This document shows positions 41,301 through 54,800 of a stretch of 64,000 nucleotides of DNA, one piece after another. Source of the DNA: Phoronis australis (Eukaryota; Animalia; Phoronida); assembly GCA_002633005.1 (NCBI GenBank), contig NMRA01000051.1:196478-260477 (forward strand). Reading direction: 5' to 3'. Position 1 is the stretch's first letter, and every line of letters begins with the position of its first letter. The position numbers were made by a program, and so were the translations under genes. The notes under the pieces were generated by a model. That model made no database searches. It was given only the letters and a program-made list of their open reading frames with translations, and was not told where the DNA came from.

Positions 41301-44300
41301 ACCCCTTTATGGGTTTCACGAGAAACAGCTGCATACAAACCCTGTAGAGTACGCGGTGGTATGTCTTTTCTATCGGTGATTGCTAGGAAACAAACAAAAA
41401 GATCAATTTTCCTTGTTTATTTTTTAGCCAGATCTCAGAGTGATGGAAAATATTATTTGAAATCACCAGCACCCCGCAAACTGATCCCTACAGCACCTCA
41501 AAATGACTTAAAATCAAATATACAAAATTGGCTAAAGATTTGACACTCCAATGAAGGTTAACAGAAATCCAATTGAAAATGCAAGAACTAGCTTCTTATA
41601 GAGAAATTCAATGTTTACATAAACTCAGGAATATGTGTTCTGTCCTCTTCTTTTAAGCCGCTTGAAAACTACTTTTCTCACTGATTCCTTTTGAACCAAA
41701 AATGGGCTGTTTTAGGCCAAAATATTCAAGACGTCCCAAAATTTTTGAAATAAACACTTTGAACATATCTACCAGGGTGTATGAACACACATTTTTTAAG
41801 ATCTTTAAGTGACCGTAGAGTTGACCTTTTGGTGCTCTCGTGGAATGACGGTTAACCATTAAAAATTTTATGACATCAAACCCTTCACATGATGGTCATA
41901 AATGCTAGAATTCAGTTACCAACAGTTTTGGTGTGATATTTTAAAAATTTCTTCTTCGACTTGTGGACTTTTAATTAATGAGGCAAAAATAAAAACTGAA
42001 TTATTGTGACGTCACCTTCTCGGCTTCACTCGTCGAAGACGCCGGTGCGGGAGGGTCAAGTTCGTACGGCTACAAACACGCAAAGTCTGCGTGGAAGTGT
42101 TCAGGAATAAACAAATACTCAAAGATAATATTCTGCCTGATTATACACACATATCCGAAAACACCTATATTCCGGGTATTACAGCCTAAAGAATTTTCTA
42201 GCCATCTGTGTTTAATGGTATTGTCTCTTTGGGAAGCACCTAATATTGGTCATTGTTCACTAGCAATTAATACAACTGGATTTTTAAAAGAACAAATCTC
42301 GAAAACACAGTTTAGCATCCCTGTAACATTTTCATCAACTTTCGATTTCTATCTTCAGTTCTTATATTGGACATATATACATGAAGCTTAGTGCGAAAGT
42401 TGTTGAATATTCATAGTGTCACCTGTTAGATTAAAGAGGACAGTGCACATGTTGTTGCCATCCATGGATCCACTACCAACACTCCTTCCTGAGGTAGTCC
42501 CAAGCTGATGGAAATCGTTTGTGTTGTCCTGCAATCAATAACGCAGATTTTCAATCGTCAGGTACTGTGTACGTAAAACACAGTAAAACACAAGAAGAAG
42601 CAAAATGATACATTTTAACAAAGACGACATGTATTAGTGCATTAACTCGATTTCCCTCTAACAGGGCAGATACTCCTGTGACCTAACAACCAGATTTGAT
42701 TGAATATAAAAGGATACTAAACTACAATACATATACTATTCATCACAAGGGTGCAGTTGGCAAGCAAGGCGATCTAATTAAGTTGTTTTGGATTGTAGAT
42801 AACGGTTTTCTAACATGTATGTGGACAGGTCTACAAACAACCTGTCCATGTACCTATAAGCCAACTACAACACCTTGTTCATGCCTTCCTGGACAGCATT
42901 TTGCAGTCAGGTAGTAAACACTACGCAAATTTACGTTACCACACACTAGTAGGTCTGTTCGGAACTATCCGCGTTCTCAGTATTGTCATCTGCTTATCAC
43001 CCACTTGGCAGTTATATGCACCCATCTGTTAAGCAATCGGCCAATACCAATCTGATATCGTGTACCCATTAGGTACTCACTTGCAACGTATGTATTTGCT
43101 CTGTAATACCCATCTGTTACCTAAACGCTCACTGATGTTTCGTGATACCCCGTTCCCATCTAGTACGTACCCCCACCCTTGCGCGTGAAACCCAGGCAGT
43201 CAAAAGCAACAGGCGGTGGTGCAAGACACAGAGCCTCAACAACGCCAGCCAGAACTGATCGGCCCCATCTTCAGCATCAAAACCGATCGCAGTTAGATAA
43301 TAAGGCCGGCGCTGTGGTTACTAGCACCCCTGTTATACATGTAAGCTCCCGCCCGAGATGATGAGTGCTACAAATGCCAACTCTTACGTCACTTTGGGTA
43401 ATGCTGTCACGCAAACTTAATCTATGTAGGATATCTGGAGGGGACCCTGTCTGGAGTACATGGGAAAATGCGGTTTGGCTGCGTACGAGGTGGTTCGTAG
43501 GCAAGAACACAAGAGATGAGTCTTGACTAGTATATTTAATACTGTCAACGAATGATGAGAACAACTCTCAATGCGGAGAAACAACTCATACTATTGAAGC
43601 TACTGATAATACTGAAGCTACTGATACTACTACTGAAGATATAAGTGAAAGTGATATATATATAGAGAGACCAGAGAAACACGAATTAATCAATCAATTA
43701 CATGAACAAATAAAGGATGCACTATGCTGACAAATAAACAGTTCTAGGAATAGGAAGTATTACTCATCTTCTGCATGCGGAGAAATTGGTAGCAAACAAC
43801 AGTAAGTGATGTAATACGATATGACTAAACTAAATGAAGCAAAAACATCATAACACATTCTGCGACATAGGAGAACAACTATTCTCCGGGCATGAATGTG
43901 AGTGCATTTCTTGTTTCCCTTGGTTACAACACCAGTCAGATGAAATCTTGGCTGCTTTACATAGAAATTAGTAATAAACTTGCAACCTTTAAGACTGGGT
44001 CTGGTGCAAATGTCTCTGTAATCTTTTACGACATATTCAGCGGTCTCGGTATAAAAAACTTGAGCGCCCAGTTAGGCAGATGAACTGCAAAATGAAAAAC
44101 TCTATCTCCAGCAAAAAGCTCACATTGGCTCAACTGAAGCCCATGGCATTACCGCAAACTACCCCGTACTCTTCACAGTTATTACGCCCAGTGGTGCACG
44201 GGCATTATCACTGTTCCAAGGCCGTGCGAATCTGTGTAGACTTGACCAAATTAAAAGAAAGCGTACTCCGACAGCAACGGATGTATTACCAGCTGCAGTC

Positions 44301-47300
44301 AGTCGGTGGATCACATTCTTGGTCAGCTCACCGGCACTAAGATAATTAGCAACTTGGTTGTCAATAGTGGGTTCTGGCAAATGGAACCTCATGAGACCTC
44401 AACACGAATCAAAACACTTATCATGCCGTTTGGATTCTACCATTTCAACCGGCTGTCATTGGACTTTTCTAAAGCGAACGAGGTCTTTCAGAAACGCATT
44501 GTAGATCTTCTTGAAGGCCTAGGTGGCATTGTTTGCCATGTCAGGTAATAGGCAGTGACTTGTTGTTCTTTAGAGGACATTCGTACCTTATTATTACCTC
44601 TCTCGGTTTGTAGAGGTCGTAAGACAGTCGCCTTCAATGTCAGCCGATATAACAAACACGCACGAAGTCTATATTCCGTCGCCAGGCCATGGCCCGCAAT
44701 ATGTCTCGTTTGAGTTTAAACGATTTGCGAAGGAGCACGGTTTGAGCAAGGAACTAACACCCCAAGGTACACCGAAAGCTATGTTGAAGTTGAGCGTGCA
44801 GTTGAAACAGTAAAACGTCTGTTACTTAAAGAAGACCTGACCCGTGCTGAGGGCTATTGGCATATCGCTCTACGCCGCTGGCTAACGGATTCAGTCCAGC
44901 AGAACTATCGTTCGGTCGTATGATTAATTTTTCAGAAAGTCCGTAATGTTGAAAACGATATGGCCTACCTAAGATGTACGGCAAAAAGAGAATCAATAAT
45001 GAAACTACGCATGGAGGACAATTTCAAGAAACTTCGCCTTGACAGACCGCTCAAACATCTGCCAAAGGGAGATGGAGTGTGTTTGATCTACATGAGAGAA
45101 ACCACGGCACGGTCACAAGCAACGTGCATACACCGAGGTCGTACATAATGCGCAACCGCAACAGAAGCGCGTGACGAAACCACCGGGACTTGGGGCAGTA
45201 CGTGACACGGAGCGGGCGGGTGTCGAAACCACAAGTAAAACTGACCCTATAGGTATGTTAGGAAGTGTTATTATTAATGATCTGTTCTCAGTATATATAA
45301 GTATGTTGAAAAACTCCATTTTATTGGTCCGTGAGTTGTGGGGGTGCGGAAAGCTATATCCCCCAGAATTTTCGGGGGTACACTTGATCTCCTTCCCCCC
45401 TTCCTACGTCAGCTGGCTAAGACGATCAGGGTCATCTTCAAGCTGACTTTCATTTTTTCGATGAATTGTTTTGATATCGTAAAATCAATTTAAAAAATCA
45501 TTGTCTCATTACATACTGTGAATGTCATCCGATTTATCAAATTTCATAGCGAAAATCATCGATGCTTTATCGACAGTCGATTTCACTTGATCACGGTGGT
45601 TTTCTCTGTATTCTTGATAAACGATTTCTATATCTGAACATTCGATTTGTTTTTGTTTTCATTTTTATAGCTTGAATGCTGTAGTTGTGAAATTATCCCC
45701 TCGAATCGAAAAATCAAATATTGGCGGGCATTTGTCCACAACTAGTTACACAAAGTTGCCCGAGAGAAGGAGACAGTCTTCGAGGGTAAAAAATTATATT
45801 TGCGGACAGGGAATAATGTACGGGAGCATGGTTGATCCGTGAGCAGGCAAAGGAGAGACGCGGGAATGTGCCTGAGCGTGGCCCGGAATAAACGCCACAA
45901 GATGAGAGAATTATATGCGCCGGCAGGCCCGAGCCGCGCCCAAAATAAACACGTGTCGTGCGTAACTTGCAGACATATATCTAATCTCGGTCTTAATCGC
46001 AGCACTGAAAAAAGTGGGGTCTAATGCACCCTCAACCCTCCCTGTGGTGCACCGCGTATGTGCGGCGTAGCACCGAAAAAATTAGTGGGGGGCTATAGCA
46101 GAACAGATGAAGCATAAATGAAAACCCCGCTAGCAGTGTGGCATTTGGGCATGTTGGTGGTCCAAGTTTACCGTTTCCTTCCCGCCCAGCCCGTTTCAGC
46201 AAGATTTTAAAATGAGGTTAGATGTCCTGAGAACGTCCATGTTGTGATACGCCTTTATTGTGGACTATTCTAGGTCCAAAATTTGAGATTCAGTGTCATA
46301 CGAATGTAGTGACAATTAGAAGGTCAATTAAAAAATTATTAATCAAACTCTTTTCATTATGAAGAATATGAGTTCATATTCAAAGAACAAATTTCACTTA
46401 TAATTTTATTTTATATGAATCTCGTTTTGTAAAGGTTTCATTAAAAATGAAGCCAAAAAGCGTTTTTTATGTACCGCACTGCGTGTGCACTTTTAATGCA
46501 CCTAAATTCTTGAGTTACTTCAAAGTCAATTCTAAAAGCACCAGAACACTCAGTCGAACTTGAATGTTATTTCCCATTTGAAAACACAGAAAATCATTTC
46601 CAGGAAACCTTTTTACAGAGGTACTCTCCTGAGACCAAGTTTTAGGACGCACGTAATTGTTTTTCATGTTGTAAAGTTTGAGAACACCATGCATCATCAC
46701 CGGTAAAAACTTTTAGAATTAAGGCAGTAGATACCATACAACAACCTTACTTGTCTTTTTTCGAAATAGATGTTGAACTTTGCACATTGTGTAGCCCTGA
46801 CAGTGCACTCAAAGGTGATGTTTTCGTATTTCCACTTGGCGATCTCAGCTTTTTGCTCCTTTCCTTTTTCTTTCAGGAGTACTGGAAAAATTAGAATCTA
46901 CACATGCAAAAACACGTGAAAGAAAATTGATAAGTCACTTGAAACACTCGCGGCGTTATCTAAATTCATGTATGTATCTATATTCTTGTTTATGTACGTA
47001 TGCGCAGTCGAGCATGTATGCCTGTTTGTGTATGAACGCGTGTTTGTGGATTGTGTGTGTTTGCGTGTGTGCGTGTGTCCTTCGATTACTGTACATGAAT
47101 AATGCTTTCGTATTTTCAATAAATGTGTGAAAAACACTGAAGGGACCTTATAATGAGTGACCAGCAAAGACCTGTTTGCCTTTATCTGCAGAAGTTGACG
47201 CATGTCAGAAGTATTGTGGCACTTAGGGATTTCACTCATTTATCTCGATTAACTCACAAAACGTTGCAGTTTGTAAGATATCGCTTTCTGTATGTAGAAC

Positions 47301-48786
47301 TGAAGAATTTGTTGTAATGTCACCATCAGACATAGGTACGAGTAATATCAATGAATATGGTTATTATGACAAGTGGTGAATCGTATGAACATTGGAAAAT
47401 GTCCAAAATTAAAGTTGTATTGTTACGTTCTCGTGACCCGGCAGCGTCGCTTGCTTCCTAAATTACAAGATGTTCTCATATGTGTCACAGTGGTGTTTTA
47501 AAATCGTTAAACGTAACGGGTGCAACAGATCGAATCTACCGAATAACAAAACGACAGCTCAAGAAAGCGGCCAACGTTTTAAAAAAATTGGACTTCGGTT
47601 TTCTTGGAAACCACGAGCTTTATCAACAGGACATTAACATACAGACGTCAAATATGATCTTGGAAAACGATTACTTGACATTAAAAAACATCTGTATTTG
47701 AATACCAATGCATTTACTAGTTGAATTTTATAGATTTGAACTGTCGGGAAGGCCTGCTGCACCTGGAAATTTCCACTTAAAGTGTATTAGCATCTCTTTA
47801 AACTGGACTGATTTGTTGGTATAGATTAGATATAAACATGAAATATTACTAAGAGACTTAGAGCTACAAAAACATAAAATCATAGCTGTAACTTGAAGAG
47901 ATTTTGTCGCCAGCTACGTTAATGAGCGCCAAACATCACTGAGTTGAAGTCACTAATTGCAAAACAATTGATTTGTATAAAGTTTGTGGCGTTGAGCAGC
48001 TCCTTGAGTTTTGTGTAAAATCGGTGACATGACGCCTCGTGCATATGTGGCCATATGGACCTCGGAAAGCAATGTTGCGCTCGACCTTTGGGCTAGGACA
48101 GTATTGCTCTTCCGTTTTCCAAATAACCTGACATCACTCTAGGAATAGAGACTGAGAAGTTGGGCAATCAAAATCACCATAAAGTAAATATATTGTAATA
48201 CTTACTACGAGGAGGTTTCTTGCACACATATTTCTGTTTGGTTGCGACTTCCACTTCCTGATAGCTGAAACTGGTATAATTCTCTGCCACAATTGTCAAA
48301 GCCGTGGATTTGTCTAAGCCAATCTTCTCTTTCGCATCGTCAAGCCACGACAATTTAGATGAATTCGATTTATTTGCGAAATAAGCTGTGTTTCCTCCCA
48401 ATCTGACCAGCCCGGTTAGGTATCTCTGTCCACGTTGCCTTTCAAATAACACAATAGGAGAATTAGGACTTATACCAACCTTGGAACAACAATGTACCTA
48501 CACAAATCCACAATTCGCACATTAAGGTACATAACTTAAGAAATTGCTTATGATGTATTCTGTAGAGTGTAGGTTTGTAGCATTCCTTTAGTTGTATTAA
48601 AATTAAGGTTATTTGATGCATTTATTGCCAGTACTTAATCTATTGAATTCATACGTAAATCTTGCAATTTTATGCAAAATACTAAATAATAAATACCATC
48701 TTCTATTTTTCACCTTGAAATACACATTTCAACGTGCAGAAAGATACTCGTTTAAGAACCCTTTGGCGATTCATACACGCACACAC

Positions 48787-48849
<63 letters not shown>

Positions 48850-51800
48850 NNNNNNNNNNNNNNNNNNNNNNNNNNNNNNNNNNNNNNNNNNNNNNNNNNN
48901 NNNNNNNNNNNNNNNNNNNNNNNNNNNNNNNNNNNNNNNNNNNNNNNNNNTCTTGCACACACACACACACACACACACGCACACGAACACTCGCGCGCAC
49001 ACACACACACACACAAACACACACACGCGGACGCACACATACACACAACACACCTTGCACACAAGTAGAAACTTCTTGGAGAGAGTGCTTACTCATGTCT
49101 AAAAACTGTGAAGTTAGGCTCAGAGTAAGAGACTGCCAGCTATTGATCCCTTAATTTACTTTTTGCTCAGCCGGGGCCTTTCTTAAAACTTCTGCTTGCA
49201 GGCAGGAAGTTGGAATGTAACAGGAAATTCAGATACCCTTCAGAAAGTTTGTATTGGTAAAAATCTGGCAGGTTGACACCCATCCATCATCTTACTTCAG
49301 TAATATGGAGTGTTTTGGAAGTCTGAATCCATTACCCTTCAGTTCGTTGTAATCACATTCAAATGTTGTCTCTGGATTGAAAACTGCTTATTTTTTATAT
49401 TTTTGTTCATTTTTCATGAATACGGCTGCTCTTTCGTCACTCGTAAAAAATGACGATTCAATCAATTTCAATAGACTTTGTATAAGGCTTTTGAAGTGTT
49501 TGGCTCAGTAAACTGTTTATATTTTCAGGTTTTGTACATTCTGTATAACAGCGGTTGGAAGTGACACAATCAGATGTTTCAAACTCAACACCAGCAAACA
49601 CTCTAGAGTGCCACTTTTCTTTGCAATGAATCATTTAGGCATAAAAATATACTATTGAAACCAGTACAAAGTTATTAAACTGGGATTTCATCATTTCCGT
49701 TTTTTAAATGGCGAAATCACTTATCAAAAAGCATCTCTCGAAATTATTTTGTAAAAACAGGGAATAAACCACATCATCCAGGAATTAGTCATTAAAACGT
49801 TGAGCAAATTATAAAAAAACACCACCGGGTTAATTATTAAAACAGTAACTAAATCCTCTTCTCCGAGAAGTATCAACAGTTCAGTTCCAGAATTTAGAAT
49901 TATTCAAACAGGAGGCACATCATTGAACGATGAAAAGTTATTAGAGCTTAGTAATACTATATTCTTATATGGTCGAAAAATGTCACTTTGTAGCGCTACT
50001 GTAGTATCACGTTTTAACACTTGTACTTAATAAACGCCAGTCTCGAAAGAGTGCTAGCCGAGGCAAAGGCCAGTTAAAAAGTATCACGATTGTTAAATAG
50101 CCATCGGTTCTCAAATAAACTCTGGGGACGGTAATATAAAATTAACCAGATCAACTCCTACTGCGAGCCAGTCACTGTTTTACTGGGTAGTCTAAGGCCT
50201 ACTCTTATCTAAATGTAACTCAAAGTAGTGAGTGAAAATGTGTTAAAATTCATGATTGACGTTGCATGGTTGTTCTTAAAGCATACATCACATGCAGTTT
50301 AGTTGTTACAATGTTCAACAGACTATTTATTTATCAAAGGTTGTCAAACATACATGTGTCTAACAGTTAGTTACTGCTTAGTTACACGTTCATATGAATG
50401 CGAGAGAATCTCAGAAAATCCACTTTTGTAGTTTGAGATCTACTGTAATTCTGTTAATGGTAAGTGTTGATACAGTTTACTAGCGTGTGTATAGGTGTCG
50501 CTACCCATACGGAAACATTCAATAGGATCCTATGGGAATTATGATAGGATCCTATGGGAACTCTTATAGGAATATCGATTTCCTACAGCATTCATATAGG
50601 AGCAAGATTTCCTATAAGAATTCCTATAGGATACTATCGGAACTCCTATAGGAATATCGATTTCCTATAGGACGCCTATAGTACCAAGACTTCCTATAGG
50701 AATTCCTACTTCTTTGAGATTCCTACAGGAATTCCTATAGGGATATCGACTTCCTAAAGGATTCGTATAGGAGCAATATTTCCTATAGGAATTCCTGCAC
50801 AAAATATCCTATAGGAAATTTTTCAGAAATCTAATTTCTAAACATTTTAAGAAACAGACAGCTAAAGTGTATATAGTAAGATGCCGATTTGTTTTTATCT
50901 ACTTGCTTTTCTGTGTCATTAATTTTTTAAAAATTTTAATATTCAGGCGAGTCGTAATATGTCAGTTGCTTCGTCATTTTGGTATTTCCTGTATTAAATT
51001 ATATACCAGTTATTCTCATTTCATTGCCAGAAATATTTTCCTTTAAAAATTAGACTTAATATTGTCTATGACGTACAATGTTTTACGTATTGTGTAAAAA
51101 GCACATTTTGGAACGTAAAGCAACACCAATAGGAAATTCTATAGGATCCAGAATGATAGTCTATAGTGTATTCTATCAGATCCTATTGAGTTCTCTGTAG
51201 AATACTTCTGATCGGGCCTATAAAATCCTGTTGAACTTCCTATACAAACATATCGACCTTCTTACAGCATCGTACTAAACGTCTTATGGAATCGTATTGA
51301 AAATCCTATAGAATACTGTCAGAATATGTTGAAAGGCTTTCCCACCAGTTATATACCTACTCTGCAGATTCCAGGGCAAAAAATTCTTTTAAATAGAATA
51401 ATTAATATTGTCTAAATTGTACATTATTTTGGAATGTGTTTGTGACAGGTTTTCTTGGTTTATTTAGCTTGGGTACTTCCTGTACATGTTCAGTTTAAAG
51501 TTATTAATTGTTGCCTCTTGACATATGTTTAGCTTGGTTGTTTACTGCTCTTGTTCAGTTCAAGGTTATCTTCCCCATTCTGATTGGTCGAATAGGTTCA
51601 CTTGCATGCTATATGTTAAATTTTTGTACTATCAATTCAGAAGCTTTTAATACATCATACGAACCACCTCGGGTTTCATCTTTGTGCAAAATAAACATTA
51701 TTCTATGGAATATGCTTATATAGTACTTTTGGAAACCTATTAGTATAGTGATTCCAGTAGAAAGTTCTATCTAATTCAAATAGGATTTTCTATAGAATAT

Positions 51801-54800
51801 TTTATAAAATTTAATCAACTTTATAGAACTTCCTATAGGATCCTATTGAACTTCTTATAAAATCTTATTGAACTTCCTATAGGATCCTATTTAACTTGCT
51901 GTGGAATCCTGTTGAACTTCTTATGGAATCCTATCGGACTTCCCATAGGATCCTAATGGACTTCCTATAGGATCCTATTGAACTTCCTATAGAATCCTAT
52001 TGAACGTCTTAATTACAGGATCCTATCAAACTTCCTATAAGATCCGATTGAACGTCCTGTAGGATCCTTTTACATTTCCTATAGAATCATATTAAACTTC
52101 CTATAGACTCCTATTGAAGTAACTATAGGATATTATTGAACTTCCTAAAGGATTCTATTGAACTTCATGCAGAATTCTATTTAACTTCTTTTAGATTCCC
52201 AATGAAATTGAATAGGATTCCATAGGACGTTCAATAGGATTCTACATGAACTTCCTATAGAATCCTATTGAACTTCCTATAGAATCCTATCGAACTCCCC
52301 ATAGGATCCTAATGGACTTCCTATAGGATCCTATTGAACTTCCTATAGGATCCTATTGAACTTCCTATAGGATCCTATTGAACTTCCTATAGAATCCTAT
52401 TGAACGTCTTAATTACAGGATCCTATCGAACTTCCTATGAGATCCGATTGAACGTCCTGTAGGATCCTTTTACATTTCCTATAGAATCAGATTAAACTTC
52501 CTATAGACTCCTATTGAAGTAACTATAGGATCCTATTGAACTTCCCAAAGGATCCTATTGAACTTCATGCAGAATTCTATTTAACTTCTTTTAGATTCCC
52601 AATGAAATTGAATAGGATTCCATAGGACGTTCAATAGGATTCTACATGAACTTCCTATAGAATCCTATTGAACTTCCTATAGAATCCTATTGAAATTCCT
52701 ATAGAATCTTATTGATCTCGTAGAATCCTACTGAGCTTCCTGTAGGTGAAAATTGCTTAAAACATAACATAAAAGGGTAAACTATATAGCTTTCATTTTA
52801 GCTGTTTCATTTCTGGTGTTGTAAAATATAATGTGTTGTCTAAACTTCTAAGGGAACGTTTTGATTATGTTTATGGCTTAGTGGCTAAAATGGACAATTT
52901 CTTAACTGGACAGAATGTGTCAGCCAAAGGCGATTCAATGAGCAGTTATCATTACAGCAATTAAAATACTCGAAATAAGCTTACAGCTCTGACTATCAGA
53001 GAACAACATATAAAAGCCTATAACATTCAGCATTTAAATATCAAGTTACTTTATCATGCTTGGAAAAAGCAAAAAAACACACACGAGTCTCTTGTAGCCC
53101 CAGTTTAGTGCATCCATTTGTAACATAGATAGATATCCCGACTGTAGACTTTGTTTAAGAACAGAGTAGACTGCTGTACAAGACCTTTGATGTTACTTGT
53201 GTGCCAGTTGAACGTTTCCAAAGAATTTCTTTTGTTAAACACTGTTGTTTTTTGTATTATGTATGCATTGGAAATGTCATGATGGGAAAACCTATTGGGT
53301 TTCCTATAGGATAACCTAAAGTAATTCTATAGGATCCTATTGGATTTCCGATTGGATTCCTATTGGATCCTATATGATTTCTGATAAGAATTCAAAAGGA
53401 AATCCTATTGGAATTTTTCGTAAGAGTAGTTATAGATTAAACCTGCTTTTCAAGTCCATCGTTATTACTCGTCTTGTTCTTTCACTAGTTTCAACAAAAG
53501 GCCACGCTCAACAGCAGCTGAGCACCGAATCTGCAAAATTTTCCTTGCTGAATAAGCGCCGGGTCTTAAAAAAGCGCCGTTTGGAATACGCGCCGTGTCA
53601 AAAATGTCTTCGAAAAACTAGGGCATTTAAGGATAATGCGGGAGTTTTAGTGTGACTTTTTCTGGGTGTGTTGAGATACTAAGTCACTTACAGTCCTCAA
53701 ATAACGGATCACTTTGAAGTGTGTTTAAAACTTATCATATCGCTAATTAACTACAGTAACTGATTATAGCAATTAATATGTGTGGTATGATATTTCCTGT
53801 GCATCTATGAATCGCCTTTTTCTGGTCAACATTATGCTCAATGAATTACTTGTATAGACGCGCTTTGCAAGTAACCTACGGACTTGCATTTAGTAACTTC
53901 ATTTTGTTTACCGACCATAATGTAATTAACTAGTAAAGATTCCCTTTTATTTTCAAGTGATGAAGTTCGACTGCTGCAACCAGGAACTAATCAGACTCGA
54001 CTCAGTCCTCAGACTCAAAACTTAGCCAATTTATGCCGCATTATTCAAGTACAAATGTATAAGTTTACTCGAATCGTGTCAATTTTCGACTATAGTTTTG
54101 AATACGTGGAATAGACCACGGCCCAGTTCTCCCCGTCATCGTTCAAGATTGAGCTAATATTCAAGCACGATCCAGAACGTACCAGAATCCACTACTTACA
54201 TGAACATCGGATCATTCGAGGATGTATCCGGTACAAACAGGGACGAAAGAATTGTGTGTGCTACAACGCATACATTCGCAACAATTATGTATGTATGAAT
54301 GAATTCCATCAATGTCTTTTATGTCTTAAGTGTACATTGTGAATTTTAAGATATCTTAATACTTTTAAACGTGACTTAATTCACCCCTTGAAATTATCAA
54401 GCAGTAATGTTATACTTACAAAAGAGGAAATGGTTCTGTGAGGTCAGTTTCGCTGCAGAAATACCACAGTGCTGCGTCTAGAATAATACAATTTTTCGTG
54501 GCATCTGAAAATGATTTGGTACTATTGCCCAACCAGTAGCAATGTACCCCTTGTAAGCGCCATTCGTCTTCGCAGACTTCACTACCTGGGAAAAAACGAC
54601 TACCAAACTATGACGCCACCATTGCATTTGGTATTTCAAGGGACATTTTTACACTAACCCCGAATAGTTTCCTTTCTTGGAAAAAATAGATAAACCTGTG
54701 TTATTTTCAATGAAAATTTTCAAAAAAGGTGAAAATACGCATCTTTTTAGTAGTTGAACAAACAACCGACCGTGTTGATTACATCACATGCTTCTTGAAG

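Noticed and set aside
43140-45320. Possible LTRs flanking the Gypsy fragment
   Set aside because: No matching direct repeat pair could be seen.
48439-48497. Alternative upstream acceptor for CTLD exon 2 at 48497
   Set aside because: Phase 0 is incompatible with the phase-2 donor at 54420; the 48438 acceptor keeps the frame.
49095-49100. Possible 6-nt micro-exon on the minus strand (ttttag|acatga|gtaag)
   Set aside because: It would keep the frame but is not needed, and such motifs arise by chance; RNA evidence is required.
48613-49102. His-Thr and Cys-Val rich ORFs
   Set aside because: (CA)n microsatellite plus an N gap.
51820-52745. CRISPR-like regular palindromic repeats
   Set aside because: No unique spacers, no cas genes, eukaryotic intron; it is a satellite.
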